A DNA stretch of 64,000 bases from Hyphochytrium catenoides (taxonomy: Eukaryota > Protista > Hyphochytriomycota), in assembly GCA_900088475.1 (NCBI GenBank), contig FLMG01003035.1, positions 39,868 to 103,867 on the forward strand. The letters are read 5' to 3'. The translations under genes and the position numbers were made by a program. The notes beneath the pieces are model-generated. The model was not told the origin of the DNA, did not search any database, and was given only the letters and a program-made list of their open reading frames with translations. Positions 24,601-35,939 of the stretch are shown here, in pieces. The first letter of the stretch is position 1, and each line of letters starts with the position of its first letter.

Positions 24601-27600
24601 GCCACGAGCTTTTCAATCTCCAGGGGTTCCTCTGCAAGAACGGCAAGGGTAGCAGAAGTATAAAGCTGCTGACCCTGAGTATAGATTTTGAAGCTTTGCA
24701 AGTTGCTTACCGCTTCTCCTATCTAATTCTTCAGGGTCCTGCTGTTGGGAGCCGAGAAGTGCTGACTGGCTCATAGAGCGCGCCTTCGAAGCATCAGCCG
24801 GCACACACCTCTTTCTGCAAGCCTCACTTTCAGGGGTTACTGAATCCTTCAATCTGTCTCTCATTCTCTCTCCCCAGGTATGACGCTTGGTAAGGTTAAG
24901 AAACCTCGCCTGAGCTTCTGCCTGCCAGAAAGATAAGACTTAAGTGAGGAGGAAACAATCAGCATGAAGTGAGGACGGATTCGGCCTTTCTTACCGTCCT
25001 GAAAGAGATGTACCCTCTTCCTGTGCAAGTCTTTTGCCTGAAGATCTCGTCACCCTCCTACAGTTCCAATCATGACGCTCAGGTCCCGCATAAATATGTC
25101 GGCAACCGTTGGACAGAGTTACCTCTAACAACTCTAAGATCTTATCTGTCTCTGTCTCCTCCAAACGCTTTCTCCTTCGTCGAAACCCTCGTTCCCGGGC
25201 TTTCAGGTCAAATGAAAGAGAGCAGCATCTCCCGCATCGTGACTGCTCTGAGTCTGCAAGACATGTTCACACCCGACGAGTAAGATACACTAACGTGTAT
25301 GAAGCAAGGACGGAATATACTACCTCCGTCAGACCTCATCGTGCAAGAATGGCAGGAGATGTAGTACGACCACATTTCTCCAGGATTGGGGCAGCAAAGT
25401 GAGCCAGGGAACCATCTGATGCAAAAGGGAACGTTCCCTTAACAGCAGAGATACGTTGGTTATAGTCCACCCGCTACCATTGTCCAACAGCCACAGCGCC
25501 ATTACCTGCTGCTTCTCTTTCCTCAAGGTCCTTCATCCGTCCTTTTTCCCTTTGCAGCTCCACGCACCTCGTCACGACCTTGTAAAAGTCAGACAAGTCG
25601 TAGATTACGATCGCCTCTTCGACTTCCTAAGGCCGGCAAGGTTAAAGTATGGGTCGTTAGCCCCGGTGCCAAGGAATCACTCAGGGTTTAGTCTTACTCC
25701 TGGGAATAGCTCTTCGATAGCTCGTTTCAAGGACAGGCTGGTGGTGGCCGCTGGCAGCCCTTCCGCTATGAAGACACTGCGGGGCCCAACAGCTGCCGGT
25801 GATGCTACCTGAAGCTCTTGGAACCGGAAGAATTGCCTAATAGACTTGCATGGAAGCGCCATACAATGATAGATATAGAGAAAGAAGAGAGGTATATAAA
25901 GTCAACATTTTTTTATGTCTCTAAATGAACTCCCGTCCCAAGGAAGTATGGGAAACGAATGGACCTGTTGATAAAAAGCATTACTGCCGTCACCACTAGG
26001 AATACGCTGAACACATGCACCCAAAGGATACCGCTGCGGGCTGGAACATTGACGATACTCATTTGTCTCATGGAATCAGTGCCTGGCTGCGACGATCGCG
26101 TGTAGTTCTATTGAGCAGGAAGATGGTAAGCTTACGAAGAGAGGAAAAGCGAGCGAGCCAACAATCCATGATGAGCCGCCTAGCTGCTAGAAGTACACTG
26201 AACAGGTTACCGACAGGAACAATAAAATAAGCAGAATTATGCTGTTTGGAGCGCGGGATAGGAAAGAAGGATGCCAAGGAAGCATCGACCGTTGGAAAAA
26301 GAGCTAGGGCATCTCACCAGCGGAAGTATCACGCCCACGAACCAGACCGTGAGGACGATAAAGAGGATTGTTGCATCGCGATGGAAACGAAGCTGTGACA
26401 AAAGGGAACAAGAGTCAGCGGGAGAATATAGAAAGTGAGGACTGGCCTGTAGGAGCAAGCAACAGGAAACAGATATAAACGAAAACGAATTAATGTAGGT
26501 AGTAGGGCATCAAAGAGTTTAAAAGACCACGTGGCCTTGCAGGCCTGCCCCGACAGCAATAGAGAGAGGTAAGAGAAGAAGACTGGCATGTAAATTCTTG
26601 TCTTGCTAACGGCCAAGGAGTTCGTCAAACCTGCAATGCGGCACTTATCCCACATTGCCCCTGAACGTAGGGAGAATCGCAAGAGACTGTCAAGAAACGC
26701 CGAAGTCGCACTAAAGCTGACTCATGCCAGAGGAAATCCTGTGCCTTCCACTCTTTCTTCCGTTCTTCAGTGTGCTCAAGCCGGTAAAACACACGTTCGA
26801 AGAGCATTGAGTCCTCGTGACTCCCCCAGAAGGGTAGCTTAAAGCTCCATATTCTTCGAGTCACGAAGAAGAGAAGACAAGCAAGGAAGAAGATACCGTT
26901 GACAAGAATACCTGTAGGAAGCAGATAGACTTCCTGAGAGAGCTGACACATAAGTAAAAGCAAAAGAAATGATGCAGGCAAGCCGGCCCGGAAAGTCAAG
27001 CCATTGTAAAGCTGAAAGGAAGGTAGGGACGGCAGATTAGCTCAAAAGGATGGAGGATCTGGAGAGGATACGCGCTAAAGAGCATGATGAGTATTAAGGA
27101 GAGAAAGATGGAACTAAACTCGCGCAAAAGACGAGGATTGGGGAGAGAATAAGTCCATGGAAAACCCCAGGAGTAAGGTCAAGGTGTACAGAAAAGCTGT
27201 ATCAACTCTATTGTGGCAACAACATTCGATGGGTGTTAGCGTACGAAGCCTTACTCGTCTTGATCCCGCTCCATCCCGCATAGCCGTCCTCTACAATGAC
27301 CGCGGTTGTCGCTGGGTCAATGTCTATGTCGACAGACGTTCCATTGCTCGCGCTCACAACGTAAGTGACGTCAAAGAAGCCAGGGCTGGCCAAATCAGAG
27401 TAAGAGGATGAGACACGAACGAGGAATCGAAGCAAGGGAGACAGAGGGAAGACAGGTACGAACAGAGGTGCACGCTAACCGCTTTTGAAAGAAAAAGAGA
27501 AAGCTAGGGACCGGAGCCAGTGATGATAAGAGTGAGGAGAGACTAAAGGCGGTTATGAGCTTCGGCTGCGGGAAAAAGGAGAGCGCGCGATGACTTCAAT

Positions 27601-28414
27601 TGGAGGAGAATGCTGACCTGGCGCCATAGATTATGAAAGCTGCAGACTTCTTTCCAGAGGGAAGGAAGAGAGGATTGGGATAGAACTCAGGCAGGTTGCC
27701 TGCAGGAGGAAGCATTAGCGCTCAGCTCCGGCGAGAGGACAGAGGAAAGAATGGGGCAAGGGGAGAGGGTAGTGGCAGTGTACCAAGTTGAATATGGGAA
27801 GCTTGAGAAAACGAAAGAGAGAGAGAGCAAGAGAGAGAACAGAATATCATAGAGACAAAGAAGAGAAGGAGGTGAAAAGAAAGAGAGAATGGCAGAGAGA
27901 GAGAGAGTATGTGAGTAGGTGTGGGAGTGAGAGAGAGTGATGAGTAGGGGGAGGAGAGCAGAAGAGGAGAAGGACTTAGGAAAGGAGACAGAGACTGTAA
28001 AGACAGGAGCCAGTTACCTTCCCCACCGCTAGGTACGAACTCTATCAAGAGGGAGAAGTCCTGCTGAGGAGACAGATTGATGCTAATCGGCGTAGTGTTC
28101 AGTCCAAGCGTTACGGGCGGTAGAGGGTCCGTTATGGTGACAGTGCCAATCGGATCTGAAGAAATCTCCAGACCACGCGGCTGGTCAACTGTACGGACCT
28201 CTCCATCGGTTGCTAGGCTCTGAGAAAGGAGTCGCAGACGCTCTTCATATTGGGGCTCTGTTTTTCGAAGCGGTGAGACAGGACCGTGCCTGACCGAGGG
28301 AGTCCATGTGCCCGTGCTACCAGGATACCGCTGTACAACTAGATTCATGCCGCCCAAGAAGAAAAGCCAGACAGTTAACAGTCCTCCTCGCGCTGGTCTT
28401 AAGAGAGTCATCAT
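21647..28414 (-). CDS. OSCA/TMEM63/CSC1-like mechanosensitive cation channel with long N-terminal extension, multi-exon
   Basis: Spliced motifs CGISAALQLRFHR...ILPLNYT, MSIVNVPARSGILWVH, GRGYISF, APEPEDIDW, QYLPT, WEPHSSHSGKERS, PWPFFYG and YFGIKFYVNKYNFLYV. Confidence 0.88.
22640..22890. repeat. Intronic (GA)n tract (CT on the sense strand of OSCA)
   Basis: Visible dinucleotide repeat. Confidence 0.85.
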
Positions 28415-29099
28415 TCCTCGAGCTCCCTCACCGCTGGCAGCACCAGCTCAAAGGATTGTGTACCAAACTTGAAGCGTCACACGGATACCATCTTATTCCT
28501 AAGCCTTCGTGAGCGCCCAGCACCTCCAGAGGCCGAACCAGAACGTGTTCGAGAGCCCGAACCAGAACGTGTTCCACTTGCTCTTCACAAGGTCCTCTTA
28601 GCGGCCCTCGGTGCCGTCTTGTGCAATAGGAAGAGGTGCAAACCTCTGCCACTCAAAATCAATCTCAGCCCACGGAAGGTAAGCAAAGACTCTTGAAGGA
28701 TGGCGCTCCACTACCTCCCAGCACTACTGCCACTTCATGAAGCTTGCTGCCCCCAGCTGCCAATAGACCTACGGAGCCTTGAACACGTGCCTATTTGTTG
28801 AAGAAGAAGCGGCGGCGTCCGGGAGCTCACTCTCTGAGGAGACCAACTGCGACATGATCATCAGGCGGCGGCATGATGAAGCGGTGCACTCAGCTGCTGG
28901 AGCTGGAGTTTTGGCCATTTATTCTGTCCTTTTGCCCACTACCAAAGATAAGATTACTTCTACATAAAATAACAGATATAGGTGATACCACCTGCCGAAA
29001 AATCGCTAAGATACTCCTTCCTTATGTATTGAGGTAAAGAAAGTTACTGGACTTTACACGAAAGAAGAAGACTTTTTATTTTCGTAAGCAAGTATTGTG

Positions 29100-30230
29100 G
29101 TTTTTGTTCTGGTCTGTTCCTCTCTCCTTCTTGTTCCTCATCCTCTCACTTCCGGCCTTCCTCCTCATTCCTATCACGTTTCGTGGATCCTCAGGGCTCA
29201 GATTAGCAGCAGTCGGGGCCAACTGCCAGGAAGGGATGACGCAGCTTGACGTCCTGCAGACGAGGAAGTTGAAGAACTGAACAGGAGGCGAAGACGCTGT
29301 AAGAGCGGGGGCTGTAAGAGAAGGAGTGGAGGTTGTGCCGATACAGATCTGCAGCTTCACTGTGAGGAGGTTTGAGGTCTCGAGCGCTTTGGCGAGTGAC
29401 TACGCGGAGTTTGATGCCGTCACGATGCACTTTCTCTGAGTCGATCTTCGGAGCGGGGAAAGGTGTAAACGCATGTAAATTGTAAAGTTAGGAAATACCC
29501 TCGACATAGACTTTCGTCTTTTATCTCATCAGTCTACTCCGGTGGACCGCACATCTCACACGGGTGCCTGTTCTCACGTTGACGAGAGACGAACTAGTCC
29601 TTTAGACGACAGAGGCGTTGCACTTACTAGGAACTTCTGCAAAGTAAGATCAAGCATAGCATCAAGGTAGTATGAGGGTGAGGATGAGGGTTGGTCCTGA
29701 TGACTCCACGGGCTTCAGTCATCTCTGCGAAGTGACAAGACAACGGAACCTGTCTTAGAGTGGAAGCCTTCCAAAAGGCCCTTTACCTTGCGCACATCGC
29801 GTTGATAGCCCCCTTAGGAGCATTGTTATACGCAGTGTTCCTCTTCTCATCCAATATGTACCAGTCGATGCTCGACTTCTGGGCGTGGATGGCCCCAGAG
29901 ACCCTGCTGTTAATGGAAACCTGTGACTTTTCCTAAAAAGGAGTGGACGTAAAGGCATTCACCTTCTCATACAGTCGCTACTAGATCATAATTTACTAAG
30001 TCCTCGACAAAACAGTTCCAAATCAAAGAAGACCAGTCAAAACGACGGATAGCTATACCGCGCCTCCGGCAGCACAGAGTCTACATCTGTCCAATCCTTG
30101 GGCAAGTGGTGAAAGCTGCAAGAGCGGGCATCAGCGCCAAGTTGCTTCAAGCAAAGGCAAACGTTCACAAGAAGAAGACTTGTTGAGACTTCGCTGCGGG
30201 AGAGTGTAGAAACAGCCTCATATTTGTCTT
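29100..30230 (-). CDS. Possible small orphan gene; structure unresolved
   Basis: AG/GT-bounded segment at about 29788-29932 reads EKSQVSINSRVSGAIHAQKSSIDWYILDEKRNTAYNNAPKGAINAMCA. Flanking exons could not be fixed. Confidence 0.2.
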
Positions 30231-30884
30231 CTTTCCTCACGCGAGCTTCCTCTCCGTTTGACAACCAGGAGACCCATAGGTTGAGAGAGGAAGAACAGAC
30301 ACGCCGACGGTTGATCTCGCCTCCGTTGCTTCTCGCCCGGCCACCCCACCCGTTATATTTACTGCTATAATAATCGATGAGACTGCAGGACGAACGATGA
30401 TAAGATAGTAGGGAAGCAGCAAGAGGACAAGGCCGAGATGCTGCCATCAGCTGGCGCCAACAGTCCGCGGCAGTCACCAGCCGCCCCGCTTATCAATGCT
30501 TTCATCTGCTCCCAAGCTGTCTGCCTTGCTGTCAGCCAGCGCGCTTCTTCTCATCCTTTCCCTTTCCTTCTAACGTCAAGCACGGCCGCGTCCTCCTGAC
30601 CCGCCCGAGATCAGCGCCAGTAGCTACGATAATAGAGTTATTAGAATTCGGTCGGGCCTGGCGTTCTTAGGAGGTCTTTTACCGCTATGACAACTGGTTA
30701 GTCGGCCCTAACTTCGTTCATCTTTGTTATCTTCGGTTCATGAACGTCGTGGTCTAGGCGGTGAAGGTAACTACCGTTTTACAATGAAACGTAGTAATAG
30801 TTCCGACCATCGCGCATTAAGTGCTAGGCTTAGCGCAGTAGTAATAACAAAAGGGAACAGACATCCGTTCGCTTGCTTGTCGTT

Positions 30885-30967
30885 ACTCCTTGAAGAAGAG
30901 AGATAAGAACATGAAAGAGAGAGACAGAGAGACCGAGACAGAGACAGAGAGCGAGAGAGCGAGAGGG

Positions 30968-31018
<51 letters not shown>

Positions 31019-31290
31019 AGAAGAGAGAAGAGAGAAGGAGGAGGAGATGTGACAGAGTCAAGATCGCACAAACGAGAGAGCAGAGAGTGAGTAAGAGCTA
31101 TTGAGAAAATAACGAAATAGGAGAGAAGAAAGAGAGAGGAGGTTAGAGCGAGAGAGGAGATAGAAGAGAGAGACGGCAAGTGAGTCTTAAACTCTAGAGA
31201 GAGAGAGCGAGATACCATCATACAGACAGAGAGAGAGAAGAGAGGGAAAGGGAAGAGAGGGGAGGGACGGATGAGCATAGAAGGGGGGAG
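30885..31290. repeat. (GA)n-rich tract
   Basis: Visible dinucleotide repeat. Confidence 0.85.
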
Positions 31291-31938
31291 CTGGGAGAGT
31301 AGTATTGGCTGTGACTGAAGAATTTTCGTCTCTTCTCCCGTCGCTCCTAGGGCTCGTTATGGCACATTAAGACTGGGCATGATCCTTAGAACTTATTCCC
31401 CATAGTAGAACGTCGAAGCATCAATAAAGTTCCCTGTCAGGTTTGTCGAGTCGCTCCTCGTCTTTCTGTCTCACGGAGGAGAAGAAGGAAAGAAGTGTAG
31501 CCGTTGGACTTTCCTCCGTCTCCAAGCTTTCAGACACGTCTCTTCGCCTCTAATGAGAAAGTTAAGGTTGCCACCAGCACATACTCTTGTCAACAATCTT
31601 CAGCGATTACATCAACGGCAACGCTCTCAAGCAGTCGCTGCCTTCGTGGAAGGAGAGGAAGAGAGAAGACAGAGAGAGAGTATATGCAACGACGAGAAGC
31701 TTACTAAGGCGTTTCCGGCGCGCAGAGGATGAGGTGCAGGCACGAGTAAAGGAGAGAAGACGCAAGGCGATGTCCACCTCTTCCCTTCTAACCCTACTCT
31801 TCTGGCGTACGTGACGGCGAGGAGAGCATATCGACAGAAAAAAGTGCGTCCAGTGTAAGTTTTCTCTCCAGCCCAGCAAGGCAGGGACGCGCCATTCTTT
31901 CAACTTTATAAAAGAAGAACCGAGCCTAGGTCTGAAAG

Positions 31939-33131
31939 ATGTTGAAACAACGTTTTCTTGCTAGGACCGCCTTGTTGGCTGCTCTTTCCTGCATGGTCGC
32001 GACAATGCACGCCGTAGAAGAGGATGGGAGCCTGTCATCTATCTCCTCCATTATCCAGTCCGTGGACTTTTTGTCTGAGGAGCGGAACTCCTTCCCCGCC
32101 TATGATTTGTTTCTGAGAACAAAGGATGAATGTATGGTCTGGTGCACAGATCAATGTGCCAGCAAGTTCGGCTGCCAACCTGTCTGCACGGCTAATTGTG
32201 CCTACCCGGACAACAACGTCGCAGGCATTGCTCCTTTTGAAGAAGCACGATCATGCCTTGAAAGTGTGAGTGACCAAGAGCTCATCTGTTTGTCTCTCCC
32301 GCTGGTCACTTACCCTTTTTCCCTCGGTCTTGGACTCTTTTCTAAAAAAAAATGTACCATCCCGCATTTTTTCTCTATAACAGAGCTGCCCTAAGTGCAC
32401 GGATCAGCACCTTCTCAAGGTCTGTGGGCCCTGTCAGGCCAATGGCCAGCAGCGCTGCCGGCTTACTTTCAAAGCCACCAGGTCGTGGGGGGCCCGTAAC
32501 AATGCGCATGAGGTGTCTTACGGCTGCTTTGGAGGCCTGGGAAGACTGGTTCAAGATGTCTCTTATCAATCGTGCAACTACTCTGCTACCGAGAATTTCT
32601 ATTCTCCAGAGGACGAGGACACAGTCTCATCTCTGAACAATGCGACGCTGGCGGACGTGCAGGCCGCGCAAGTGGAGGAAAAGGAGCTAGAACAGGATGG
32701 TATAGGCTTCCTAAACCTTTCCCTCCTTTTTTCCTCTTGCCGGCGTACTCTCTATAGTCCTTGCTATAGCTACTATATTCTTCTTCATTCTCTCCCTTGA
32801 ACCTTGTACCAATGTTTCTACCTTTCCTCTCTTCAACTCCATGCCTTCGCCTTTCTTCCACTTCTTACGCAGCGTTTCTTCTTGTGCAGAGGACAGCTCC
32901 TTGGCTTGGCTTTCTACTCTCCTCTGGATTGCTGGCATCGTTGCTGCGATTGCAGTCGTAGTCTTCTTGGCTAGGGTAGCAGTGTCGCGTTCTAAGCGAC
33001 AGAACATCGATGGCAAGAAAGGTTTCAACAGGGGTGAGGTGGAGATGATCTCTTCTCCTCATCCATCCGCTGACGTTGCCTGTGAGTTCGGCCCCAAGAC
33101 TCCTCCTGTGGGCTTCCGGGCAATGCCCTAG
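31939..33131 (+). CDS. Orphan Cys-rich type I membrane protein, about 294 aa; exons 31939-32265, 32384-32699, 32890-33131
   Basis: Signal peptide MLKQRFLARTALLAALSCMVATMHA, 14-Cys ectodomain, acidic stalk, TM WLSTLLWIAGIVAAIAVVVFLA and basic stop-transfer RSKR. GT-AG introns preserve the frame. Confidence 0.75.
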
Positions 33132-33493
33132 GACAAAAAGGAATATTCTAAGGGATCTATGGGTTTCTCTTTTGTGTGGTCGTTGTTCCTCGTTCACTCT
33201 TGCCTTTGATCTGCAGGTGGTTCGCTTTCTCTCATAGGTTTGTCGTCTTCTGTATGTCAGTGAGTGTGTGTCTCTCTCCCTCTGTTCCTTTGCATGGCTG
33301 GTGTTAGAGTTGGAAGCTTTTCATAGAGTGAATACATTCGTATATCTTTATATAACCTGGCCCGTTACACCCCTGACGCGCAGCACGCGATGTGGCGCGG
33401 TCTAACCCAAGGCTAACAACCTCCAACATCTTCGTCTCGAGTTAAATCTAATCTCCTTTTGATTCCCTGACTGTCAGGCTTCATGCCATCTCT

Positions 33494-34321
33494 CTACTTG
33501 CACTTGGCCTTGATCTGCTCCTCCTCAAGCTCAGAGACATCAGTGGCACTGAGCTGAACTGAGACGCCCTGTAGCACACGCTTGATAGCCTCCTTAGAGG
33601 CAGCGTATACCATCTTCGACTTCACCTTTGCGGTATCAGGTGCCCAAGCGATGAATACGATCTTGCTAGTGTTCCTGCCATCTTCTGTCAGGTAGTCATA
33701 GTCGAAGAGGGCATAACGGCAGTCGTCCTTTGCTACTGAGAGAAGCTCATTCTTGAAGTCGTTGTAGGTGGCGCTTCTCTCGCCATGAGACTCGATGACG
33801 ATTTCCGTGTCTCTTTCAATCTTATAGATAAAGTAGCGGAAGTCGTATGGCTTCTTCTGCAGCTTGAAGTCGTTGAACTGGGTCACAACATCGTCGTGTA
33901 CGCTTACGCCTGAAGACTGTGCAGGAAATGCAGACAGAGAATCGGTTAGACGAACTCCTAGGCATGAGAGTAGATAAGGAGGATGACGTTTGCGCATGGG
34001 ACGACTAAAGAGCCGGACGCAGGGAGGAAGGGCCTAGAGTCCAATCTGTCTAAGTTAATCAGGGAAGACGTGCTCTCTTTCTTCGCCTTGATCTTCCATC
34101 GGCACTCCACAGCAGACAGTACAGTGACCAGATTTAGGAGGAAAGGCTACCAGCTTGAGGAAACAAGGAACTCCACCATCAAGAAGAAAACGAGAACCAG
34201 ACCCAACAACAAAAGATAAAGAGAGAAAGAATGGAGAAAAAAAGAGAGACAACCAAAGATCCAAGACATCTAAGAGGAGCAGACCAAGCCGTGGTGTTGG
34301 TGGATGCGTCGGCCTTACCAT
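33494..34321 (-). CDS. ADF: Actin-depolymerizing factor/cofilin; coding exons 34321-34319 (ATG) and 33916-33494
   Basis: M|SSGVSVHDD...CRYALFDYDY...KIVFIAWAPDTAKVKSKMVYAASKEAIKRVLQG...ATDVSEL. The ATG is followed directly by GTAAGG. Confidence 0.95.
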
Positions 34322-35269
34322 GGTGTTCTTGGATCTCTTGGTCTCAAATTATCTACAGAGGGAGCTTGCGCTGTAAGTCTTCAGAGACCAAGAAAGTGAA
34401 TCTGTGGAGCTCAATCAGAACTGGCGGTCTAGGAAAATCTATTGTCTAGCTAACGGTGTCGAGCTCCACAGATGGGCGAAGGTGGACGGGGCATGGAAGC
34501 TGTCTGCTCTGGCTCACAGGTGATAAAGGCGGGCGGAGTCAGAGCCTCAAGAGTGTGACAAAAAGCCAAGCAGGGGCCAAGAGAGAGGAGAGACAGAGAG
34601 AGTGTGAGGCAAAACCAAGTTAAGAAAGAGAGAGTGGGAGAGAGAGTTTTGCAAGGAAAGAATGATGTTGTAAGGGAGGGTTGGGGGAGACAGAGAGTCA
34701 GATAAAGGCACAGACGAGAAGACAGAGCGAGAGAGAGAGACAAATGAGGGAAAATCTATGTAAATCAACCCGAGAAGAAGATTATGGCAGTTTGAAATAA
34801 TAGGATAGCTCTTGTCAAGAGCGAGTCGGCCTTAGGCTAGGTCTCTGAACAACTAGATGCAGTAGTAATATTACGGTTCTCAGATAGCTGCTTTCCGACC
34901 ATATCCATGCTGTGGGTTTGGATTCTGATCTGTGTTATCTGAGAATGTTAGTCTTACCAAGCAGTAATACAGATGTGCTGCATGTGTGTGTTTGTTTCTG
35001 GTGTCGTAAAGCCAAAGCAGAAGAAGTGAGGTGCTTCTACCACAATAACAGGGAAAGTTGAGAAAAATTGCATATTTTCTGGAAGCTTATGATACTTTCG
35101 GCACCACAGAGCTAAATTCCTTACTGTTTATAGACTTGAAGGAAAGCTTAGTGAATCCTTCAGGTCGCACAAGTACAATACCAAAATAAAGCACCCAAAA
35201 TAATATAGAGGTTTTAGCTTTGGGTCTCACGCTTAAATCCAATATCTTTGTTGTCATTCTTCACTTTGT

Positions 35270-35485
35270 GTGTGTCTCTCTAGCTCTTGCTCTCTCTCTC
35301 TCTCTTGCTCTCTCTCTCTCTCTTTCTCTCTCTCTCCCCCCAACTCTCTCTCTGCCTCCCTCTCTCTTCCCCTGCTCTCTCTCTTCACTCTTTCTCTTGC
35401 TCTCTCATTTCTCTCTCTCTCTCTCTGCTCTCTCTCTTCGCTCTCTCTTTTCTTTCTCTCTCTCCCTCCCTCCCTCTCCCTCACA
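35270..35485. repeat. (CT)n tract
   Basis: Visible dinucleotide repeat. Confidence 0.85.
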
Positions 35486-35939
35486 CATACTGGTAGGATG
35501 CTGTTTTTGGATGTGTGACGAGATCTTGTTGATGGCACAAAGGGTTCTGATCGCCTATCAGGGAGAAGCGAAGGACATGATGGACGGTCAGAACCTAGGG
35601 CGAAGATGTATGTACACTTTCCCCATCATCAGTCATTCCAGCTTGACATGGAGCTCCTGGTGAGATGGGCACCGGATGCCGCCAGAGATGGACGGATGGT
35701 TGCTGCTTACCCCGGTTGAGGAAGCAGAATGATAGCCGAACAGTCGGCGGCATAATGGTAACGCCCGTCTTGTTCTCTTCTATTGCCTTAATCGTACTAC
35801 CTCCTGTTTCTGGCCTATCGCCGTCTCTCTCTCCGGCGGTTCATCTTAAGCGTGTTCGAGACTTTAATGTTTCCTGCGCGTGCTGCGCAGCCAATGACGC
35901 ATTATAAAGATTGATAAATATACCACCATGAAGTGATCT

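Noticed and set aside
26023-26031. Perfect U12 donor-like GTATCCTTT on the minus strand in the OSCA gene
   Set aside because: It lies inside a conserved coding exon (ARSGILWVH), and no intron is needed there.
28533-28574. 18-nt direct repeat CCGAACCAGAACGTGTTC x2
   Set aside because: Only two copies with a 6-nt spacer; a local duplication, not a CRISPR array or LTR.
30600-30850. Possible structured ncRNA in intergenic sequence
   Set aside because: No tRNA, snRNA, SRP or snoRNA motif could be matched by eye.
31548-31567. CCTTAAC followed by AG on the minus strand (U12 branch-like)
   Set aside because: No RTATCC donor upstream and no gene model requiring it.
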